Below are positions 58,306 through 64,000 of a stretch of DNA of 64,000 nt, piece after piece; the stretch's first letter is position 1, and every line of letters starts with the position of its first letter. Source of the DNA: a virus; the IMG/VR virus record IMGVR_UViG_3300021602_000007, positions 3,179-67,178 of that record, one strand, 5' to 3'. The notes beneath the pieces were generated by a model. That model did not search any database. It was not told the origin of the DNA and was given only the letters and a program-made list of their open reading frames with translations. The translations under genes were made by a program, and so were the position numbers.

Positions 58306-58838
58306 AGCCCACATATACAGATGCTACAAATAAGCATGCTGTAAGGGAATTTCTATTACAGAGATTTCAATTTCAACAAGTTGTTGGACTAGCTGGACCA
58401 GATATCAATGAGTATATATCATTCTTGAAAGATAGAGGATGTAAAAGCTTTGAGATATATGAGAGAGATATGCCAACACTTGTTAAACAATTAAGCACAC
58501 TTAAAGAAAGTGCTGTTCATCTGAAGTATGATGATATACTTACAGCTGATGCTAATAAAGAGAATACATTATATGATCTTGATTTTTGCGTTACTGTTAG
58601 ATATATGAAAGAATATATCAGCAAATTCAAAAACAATTTCATAATGACATTCTCTACTAGAATAGGAGTTCAGGAAACAATTGATGAGTTCTTTAAAGCA
58701 AGGGACGAACAAGTTATTGAATATCAAGAATATGATTCTCCTATTAAACATATAATATTTAAAACTCAACAAGAAACAAGTTATTTATTCACCAGGTATC
58801 GTGATACATCAGGAATGTGTTGCTTTGCTAAAATCTAA
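58293..58838 (+). CDS. hypothetical protein, possible Rossmann-fold methyltransferase-like
   Basis: VVGLAGP..., IYERD and YDLDFC spaced like class I SAM-dependent methyltransferase motifs; weak. Confidence 0.35.
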   Translation: MGRLKPTYTDATNKHAVREFLLQRFQFQQVVGLAGPDINEYISFLKDRGCKSFEIYERDMPTLVKQLSTLKESAVHLKYDDILTADANKENTLYDLDFCVTVRYMKEYISKFKNNFIMTFSTRIGVQETIDEFFKARDEQVIEYQEYDSPIKHIIFKTQQETSYLFTRYRDTSGMCCFAKI

Positions 58839-58844
58839 AAAATT

Positions 58845-59159
58845 ATGAGAACTCTAAAATTTTACACAGAAAAAGAAAATGAAATTTTAAAAAATGAATT
58901 GCAATTGGGTAAAAGAACTAGTCATATTGCAAAAATCTATTCAATTAAATGGGATAGAGACTTTGACTCTTTACAAGTTAAAGTGGGTCTTATGCGTAGA
59001 AAATTAGGTATTCCTAATCCACTAAGTAAAAAAATGCAGAAACAAGCAATAATTACTCCTGTTCAAGAAGCTAAACTTACACTTCCTGAAGGAATGACAT
59101 TTGAAGGTGTTGCTAAGAAGGTGGAATTACATTCAAATCACTTTAGAGTTTACTTTTAA
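58845..59159 (+). CDS. putative DNA-binding (Myb/HTH-like) protein
   Basis: FYTEKENEILK...R...SL..K...R.KLGI pattern. Confidence 0.45.
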   Translation: MRTLKFYTEKENEILKNELQLGKRTSHIAKIYSIKWDRDFDSLQVKVGLMRRKLGIPNPLSKKMQKQAIITPVQEAKLTLPEGMTFEGVAKKVELHSNHFRVYF

Positions 59160-59161
59160 TT

Positions 59162-59362
59162 ATGGTACTAGAATATAAATCATCGTGGTGTCACGCAACT
59201 CCCTCAATATATTCACCTAATAGTGATGAGGATGTAGATAGGCTAATAGGCAAAGTATTTGCTAAGAAAGTGGACAGACTTGTTTTAAAGAATGGTAAAT
59301 ATTACTATTCTCCTTCAGAAGAATATCATCAACATGTTGCAAAACTGAGGAAAATAAAGTAA
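59162..59362 (+). CDS. hypothetical protein
   Basis: 66-aa ORF. Confidence 0.6.
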   Translation: MVLEYKSSWCHATPSIYSPNSDEDVDRLIGKVFAKKVDRLVLKNGKYYYSPSEEYHQHVAKLRKIK

Positions 59363-59367
59363 CTTTG
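59337..59367 (+). promoter_or_regulatory. Bacteroidota sigmaA-type promoter
   Basis: TTG-N20-TAACTTTG. Confidence 0.5.
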
Positions 59368-59408
59368 GGAAAAGAATTAATTATGTATCCAGTTTTCCCT
59401 GTCCCCAG

Positions 59409-59450
59409 TCCCTGCTCTTGCTATTATAGTGAGAGTGGGGATTTTTATTT
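59409..59450 (+). terminator. intrinsic terminator-like hairpin
   Basis: 15-bp stem TCCCTGCTCTTGCTA/TAGTGAGAGTGGGGA with 4 G-U pairs, followed by TTTTTATTT. Confidence 0.65.
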
Positions 59451-59514
59451 AAAATATATGCAATAGCATATGATTTATCACAAATTGACAATTTAATATG
59501 TAATAACGTATAAC

Positions 59515-59676
59515 ATGCCAGATATAACTAAATGTAGGGGTGAAGAATGCCCATTGAAAACAAAGTGTTACAGATATACATCAATAGCTGATGAATATTG
59601 GCAATCATATTTTATGGAAGTTCCTTATGATAAGGAAGCAAATGAATGTGACCATTATTGGGATAATATTAACTAA
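59515..59676 (+). CDS. 53-aa Cys-containing phage protein (not in ORF track)
   Basis: MPDITKCRGEECPLKTKCYRYT...QSYF...CDHYW, a pattern common in phages. Confidence 0.7.
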   Translation: MPDITKCRGEECPLKTKCYRYTSIADEYWQSYFMEVPYDKEANECDHYWDNIN

Positions 59677-59681
59677 CTGAT

Positions 59682-61631
59682 ATGAAAGTAGTTATTTATG
59701 ATATAGAAACCATGCAAGAATTGTTTCTTGTTGGTGTATATGATCCAAACACAGATTTGTATTTTGAGTTTGAGGTGAGTAAATGGAGAAATGATCTTGA
59801 TTCATTTATTAGATTCACTGAAGCTTGGAAAGATGATTATTGGGTGGGATATAATAATCTCAGATTTGATAGTCAAGTGTTAGAATGGATCTTTAAGACT
59901 CATGAACATTGGCAAGAGCACACAGGAATGGAAATATGTGCTATGATAGCTCAGAAAGCTGCTGATGTAATTCATGATGCTAACTATGATGTATTTCCTG
60001 AATATGGAGAACATCAGCTTGCATTAAAACAGCTAGACTTATTTAAAATACATCACTATGATAATAAAAATCGTATGGTGAGTTTAAAAAGACTAGAATT
60101 TGAAATGGATCTTGAGAATATTGAGGAAATGCCTATTCATCATACAAAGGTGAATATGACAGAGGAAGATGTTATTCTGACTAAAGATTATTGTAGGAAT
60201 GATGTTATGTCCACTTATGAATTCTATAAGATAACTATAGGTGAAACAAATCATCCATTGTATAAGGGTGATAATAGAATTGAATTGAGACAAGATATAG
60301 AAGAAGAGTTTGGTATTAGATGTCTCAACTTCTCTGATAGTAAGATTGGTGATGAAATGATTAAGAAGTTCTATTGCCAGGAGAAGAGAATAACATATAA
60401 AGAATTGCCTAAGAGAGGTACATTTAAGAATGAAGTGCTTGTAAAGAAGTGTATTGCATCATATGTAGAATTTAAAACTGCTCAATTACAGGATTTCCTG
60501 AAAGCAATGAGAAGAAGAAGAATGAAGCTTAAGGATGAATTTGTAGAGAGCATACATCTATTTGATAATGTATATACATTTGCTAGAGGAGGTCTTCATA
60601 CTGTTAATGGTCCTAAGGTGTTTGAAGCTACAGATGATGTAGAAATTATAGATTGGGATGTCTCCAGCTACTATCCAGCTATTATTATCAATAACAAGCG
60701 TTTTCCAGGTCATTTAGGCATTGAATTCCTTAGGGGATACCAACAGATGTTTGAGAAGAGATTAGAGCTTAAACCGCTTGCTAAGACAGATAAACGTATA
60801 GCAGGAATTGTAGGAGCATTAAAGCTTGCTGTTAATAGTGTATACGGAAAATCCTCTGATATGCAATCTTGGATATATGATAGAGAACTAACTATGTTTA
60901 CTACTATCACTGGTGAATTATCATTAATGATGTTAATTGAAGCATATGAACTAGAGGGAATTCATGTAATTAGTGCAAATACAGATGGTGTCACTATTAT
61001 GGTGAATAAGAATAAGCTTGACAAAATGAATGAAATTAATCAATGGTGGATGAACTTGACAAGTTATGAACTTGAAAGAACAGACTATAGTAAGATTATA
61101 TTCAGCACTGTTAATGATTATATTGCTATTAAGACAAATGGTGAGATAAAGAAGAAAGGTGATTTCCTGACAGATTTTGAATTACACAAGAATAAGTCTG
61201 CCAGAATTGTACCAATTGCTCTTGAGCAATATTATGTACATAACATTCCTATTGAAGATACAATTAAGAATCATAAGAACATATATGATTTTGCTTTAAG
61301 ACAGAAAGCCTCTAAGGACTTTCATTATGAAGGTATATCTGATGGTAAGAAGAGTGTATATAATAAGCTTATTCGTTATTATGTATCTAAGAAGGGTGAA
61401 AAGCTCTTAAAGATTAAGAATGCTGATTGTACAACTAATGCTGCAGCCATATCACAAGTGGAAGCTGGTGAATGGTTGATGACTGTATGTAATAAGTTAT
61501 ATAAAGATCATCCATTGGATAATATAAATCATAACTATTACATTGAGAAAGCCCTTCGTATTGTAAATAAAATAGCATATGAAGGAAGAAAATATAAACC
61601 AGTAGATTTAAATCAATTAACACTTTGGTGA
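59682..61631 (+). CDS. polB: family B DNA polymerase with 3'-5' exonuclease
   Basis: Exo I DIET, Exo II YNN..FD, Exo III YC.ND; polymerase motifs DVSSYYP, KLAVNSVYGK, SANTDG. Confidence 0.93.
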   Translation: MKVVIYDIETMQELFLVGVYDPNTDLYFEFEVSKWRNDLDSFIRFTEAWKDDYWVGYNNLRFDSQVLEWIFKTHEHWQEHTGMEICAMIAQKAADVIHDANYDVFPEYGEHQLALKQLDLFKIHHYDNKNRMVSLKRLEFEMDLENIEEMPIHHTKVNMTEEDVILTKDYCRNDVMSTYEFYKITIGETNHPLYKGDNRIELRQDIEEEFGIRCLNFSDSKIGDEMIKKFYCQEKRITYKELPKRGTFKNEVLVKKCIASYVEFKTAQLQDFLKAMRRRRMKLKDEFVESIHLFDNVYTFARGGLHTVNGPKVFEATDDVEIIDWDVSSYYPAIIINNKRFPGHLGIEFLRGYQQMFEKRLELKPLAKTDKRIAGIVGALKLAVNSVYGKSSDMQSWIYDRELTMFTTITGELSLMMLIEAYELEGIHVISANTDGVTIMVNKNKLDKMNEINQWWMNLTSYELERTDYSKIIFSTVNDYIAIKTNGEIKKKGDFLTDFELHKNKSARIVPIALEQYYVHNIPIEDTIKNHKNIYDFALRQKASKDFHYEGISDGKKSVYNKLIRYYVSKKGEKLLKIKNADCTTNAAAISQVEAGEWLMTVCNKLYKDHPLDNINHNYYIEKALRIVNKIAYEGRKYKPVDLNQLTLW

Positions 61632-61891
61632 TGTTAGTGGAGAAGGTAACTAGAGAAAATCTTGCTGAACATTTAGTGAAATATGAATTAGAAATGGTTG
61701 GTAAGACATTAATGGATGCAATGGATGATGACAAATGGTATTTTAACTTCACCATGACAAGGGAACAGAATGCTCAATTTAAGAGCTATGCTATTCCCTT
61801 AATAAAAAAGGTGAATAAATGCAATAAAGAACGTGCAGAAAACGCATATGCATGGTTTGATTTACAATTTGGATTAAGAATTAAAAACTAA
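61631..61891 (+). CDS. hypothetical protein
   Basis: TGATG overlap with polB; WFDLQFGL C-terminal motif. Confidence 0.7.
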   Translation: MLVEKVTRENLAEHLVKYELEMVGKTLMDAMDDDKWYFNFTMTREQNAQFKSYAIPLIKKVNKCNKERAENAYAWFDLQFGLRIKN

Positions 61892-61896
61892 AAATC

Positions 61897-62124
61897 ATGA
61901 TGGAAAATATTAGAATTAAAATATTGAAAGATACACCTTTCAATTTAGCTGGAGAAATATTAAAAATATATGAGTTTAGGCTAACATATGGATATATATG
62001 TACACATTCAACTAGTGATAAGGAATTAGTTGATTACATCTCAACATATAAATCATATCCTGCTTTAAAGCAAACTAGTAAGTATTGCATAAATGAATGG
62101 TTTGAACAATTTAAAAAGAAATAA
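61897..62124 (+). CDS. hypothetical protein
   Basis: 75-aa ORF. Confidence 0.6.
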   Translation: MMENIRIKILKDTPFNLAGEILKIYEFRLTYGYICTHSTSDKELVDYISTYKSYPALKQTSKYCINEWFEQFKKK

Positions 62125-62127
62125 GTT

Positions 62128-62676
62128 ATGGGAGCACAACAATTCAGAACAGTAGGAAGAGGACAAACAATTAGAGAAGCTTATAATGAAGCTGTAGAAG
62201 CTGCAACAGATGAATATGGTCATCAAGAAGGCTATTCAGGAGCAATCAATAGTACTAATGGATTTAGTGATATAACAAAGGATTTTATAAAGAGTGGTCT
62301 ATCTCGTGAGAAGTTTATAGATAAACAATATGACTTACTTCAAAAAGGAGAATGCTTAGGTATATGTATAGAAGAACCTAAAAGCAATACTAATAAGATT
62401 AAATCTCAAGTGGAGCATGTTATAGAACCAGGAACAAAGAAATGGATTCTTAAATATGCTGTATATGATTATGATAATTGCCTTAAAAGTTTTAATACAA
62501 AAGGTGATGCTGTTAAATATGCTAGAGAGTACACAGAAAAAACAACAAAGCGTACTAGCATAGAGATGAAGAAGACACTTGAAAAAGGATCTTCAAGAGT
62601 GGCAACTGTTACATATAAGCAATCAACACAAGAAAGATCTGGTAAATGGTTATTCTTTGGTTGGGCAGCATGTTAA
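62128..62676 (+). CDS. conserved phage hypothetical protein
   Basis: MGA..F....G....EAY..AV..A..EYGH.EGYSG.I ... FFGWAAC pattern. Confidence 0.7.
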   Translation: MGAQQFRTVGRGQTIREAYNEAVEAATDEYGHQEGYSGAINSTNGFSDITKDFIKSGLSREKFIDKQYDLLQKGECLGICIEEPKSNTNKIKSQVEHVIEPGTKKWILKYAVYDYDNCLKSFNTKGDAVKYAREYTEKTTKRTSIEMKKTLEKGSSRVATVTYKQSTQERSGKWLFFGWAAC

Positions 62677-62678
62677 TT

Positions 62679-62945
62679 ATGATAACAAAAGAATTTAACA
62701 TTACAGGACACGATGCAAATACTTTACCACAAGAATGTATCGGTAAAAATGAAAGTGGGTGGGAAATAAGTGGAGAAATTCACGAAGATTATTACTATTG
62801 GGTAAATGATTTTGAAGCGATACACCCAAAATACGGCAAAGTGTGGGGGAATTTTGAAGATAAAGTATTTGCTGATACAGAAGAAGGTTATAACCACTTT
62901 ATTGAAAATCATCCACCAGAAAGCTGGGACTATTGGGACATTTAA
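62679..62945 (+). CDS. hypothetical protein
   Basis: Likely start at ATG 62679; EDYYYWVNDFEA.HPKYG.VWG.FE. Confidence 0.65.
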   Translation: MITKEFNITGHDANTLPQECIGKNESGWEISGEIHEDYYYWVNDFEAIHPKYGKVWGNFEDKVFADTEEGYNHFIENHPPESWDYWDI

Positions 62946-63013
62946 TTGTGCCTAACTAATAAATAGGTCTATGTTTATCAGACCTATACAAATAAATTAT
63001 TTAAAAAAGAATT

Positions 63014-63493
63014 GGAGGAAATGAAATGAAAACAATTAATAATGAATTGATTAGAAGTTTTAATCCCTGTTATGATCCTATCGTAATTGTTACAGATGAC
63101 AATGAGACACTAACAGTAATTGATTGGGTAGCAAAGTATAGGGATGCAATTACAAACAAAAATGACATAATATGGCTGTTATGTCGTAATGAGTTTTTAT
63201 CAGGCAAAGACTTGAGGCTATTTGCTCTGTGGTGTGCAAGAGAAACGTTTAAATCGCAAGAATCAATAGATCAAAGAAGTATTGATGCAGTTAATTGTGC
63301 TGAAAGGTATGCTAATGGAGAAGCAACAGATGATGAGTTAATAGCAGCATGGTCAGCAGCATGGTTAGCAGCAGAGTTAGCAGCAAGGCCAGCAGGGTCA
63401 GCAGCATGGTTAGCAGCAGAGTTAGCAGAGTCAATAGCAGTAGAAACACGAATAGATCAATTATTAACTTATTTTAAGGAGGAAACGAAATGA
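63014..63493 (+). repeat. 16-bp near-perfect direct repeats flanking a gene
   Basis: GGAGGAAATGAAATGA (63014-63029) and GGAGGAAACGAAATGA (63478-63493). Confidence 0.6.
63026..63493 (+). CDS. phage protein with Ala-rich helical repeats (Imm5-like region)
   Basis: LRLFALWCAR...AERYANGEAT..EL.AAWSAAW; internal duplicated GCAGCATGGTTAGCAGCAGAGTTAGCAG. Confidence 0.65.
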   Translation: MKTINNELIRSFNPCYDPIVIVTDDNETLTVIDWVAKYRDAITNKNDIIWLLCRNEFLSGKDLRLFALWCARETFKSQESIDQRSIDAVNCAERYANGEATDDELIAAWSAAWLAAELAARPAGSAAWLAAELAESIAVETRIDQLLTYFKEETK

Positions 63494-63678
63494 TGGAAGA
63501 AGACTGGGACAGAGTTTATGATCTAGATAGAGCATATCTCTATGAGATGGAAAGACAAATGCAAGAAGAGTATTGGAGATGGTGTGATGAGCAAGAATCA
63601 GAATTAAGACTTCCTGCTAAAATAACAGTGTATAAACTAAAAGAAGATGAAGTTAACTCTAACAGCGTACCATTTTGA
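63490..63678 (+). CDS. hypothetical acidic protein
   Basis: 62 aa; RLPAKI motif. Confidence 0.6.
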   Translation: MMEEDWDRVYDLDRAYLYEMERQMQEEYWRWCDEQESELRLPAKITVYKLKEDEVNSNSVPF

Positions 63679-64000
63679 GGAGCTTGTTAAACGTGGATAT
63701 TCATTAGATGTTGTTTTCATACTAAGATTGGTACAAGAGGAATATGATGTTAATGCTCTCTGTAAGGATAGTGTTAAAATAGGAGCCTTGTATCAATCTT
63801 TAGTAAGAAAAGGATTGATAAATGAAAATGACACAATAACAACACTAGGTCAGGAACTCTTAAACTTTATGGAAACAAAAGAGTTTAAAAGGCTTCCTAA
63901 GAGAAAGAATACAAATGTAGAATTTGAAGAATGGTGGAAGCTTTATCCAGGAACTGATACATTTATACATAATGGTAAATCATTTAATGGAAGTAGGAGT
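63647..64000 (+). CDS. putative replication initiator/helicase-loader-like protein, 3'-truncated (not in ORF track)
   Basis: MKLTLTAYHF...; wHTH-like YQSLVRKGLI...ITTLG; FEEWWKLYP motif typical of phage replication organiser proteins; open to the window end. Confidence 0.55.
   Translation, partial: MKLTLTAYHFEELVKRGYSLDVVFILRLVQEEYDVNALCKDSVKIGALYQSLVRKGLINENDTITTLGQELLNFMETKEFKRLPKRKNTNVEFEEWWKLYPGTDTFIHNGKSFNGSRS

Noticed and set aside
50022-61631. Inteins or introns in TerL and PolB (also checked vRNAP)
   Set aside because: TerL and PolB are compact with contiguous motifs; no intein C/S...HN boundaries or LAGLIDADG/HNH inserts recognised.
62964-62987. Small inverted repeat TAGGTCT/AGACCTA
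   Set aside because: Weak 7-bp stem without a U-tract; not enough evidence for a function.

Overview
This is about 64 kb of an AT-rich lytic dsDNA phage genome that is crAss-like (Crassvirales-type) and almost certainly infects a Bacteroidota host, judging by TAnnTTTG/TTTG promoters and A-rich leaders without a Shine-Dalgarno. It uses the standard code. Positions 1-54306 form one minus-strand virion/packaging module: small genes, TerL, portal, scaffold, major capsid, ring/auxiliary proteins, Cys-rich and Thr-rich fibre/decoration proteins, a tail nozzle/muzzle-type protein, cargo proteins, a 4711-aa virion RNA polymerase (DFDID), and a second giant polyvalent protein that runs off the left edge. 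Positions 54647-64000 form a plus-strand early/replication module of small ORFs, a GH73 muralytic enzyme, a family B DNA polymerase and a replication-initiator-like gene. Four observations stand out. (1) A possible plug-and-socket virion display system: a short Cys-bracketed tag (CxLxGxIxC) sits next to poly-Thr tethers on three structural proteins, a shared ~65-75 aa N-terminal module sits on three others, and the nozzle gene appears split between tag and module. (2) Two circularly permuted FISUMP domains. (3) A type III hammerhead ribozyme with a kissing loop, ending a ~400-nt structured non-coding region. (4) A giant protein missing from the ORF track, carrying nuclease, nucleotidyltransferase, kinase and zincin-like domains. 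All functional calls come from motif recognition by eye; no searches were run.
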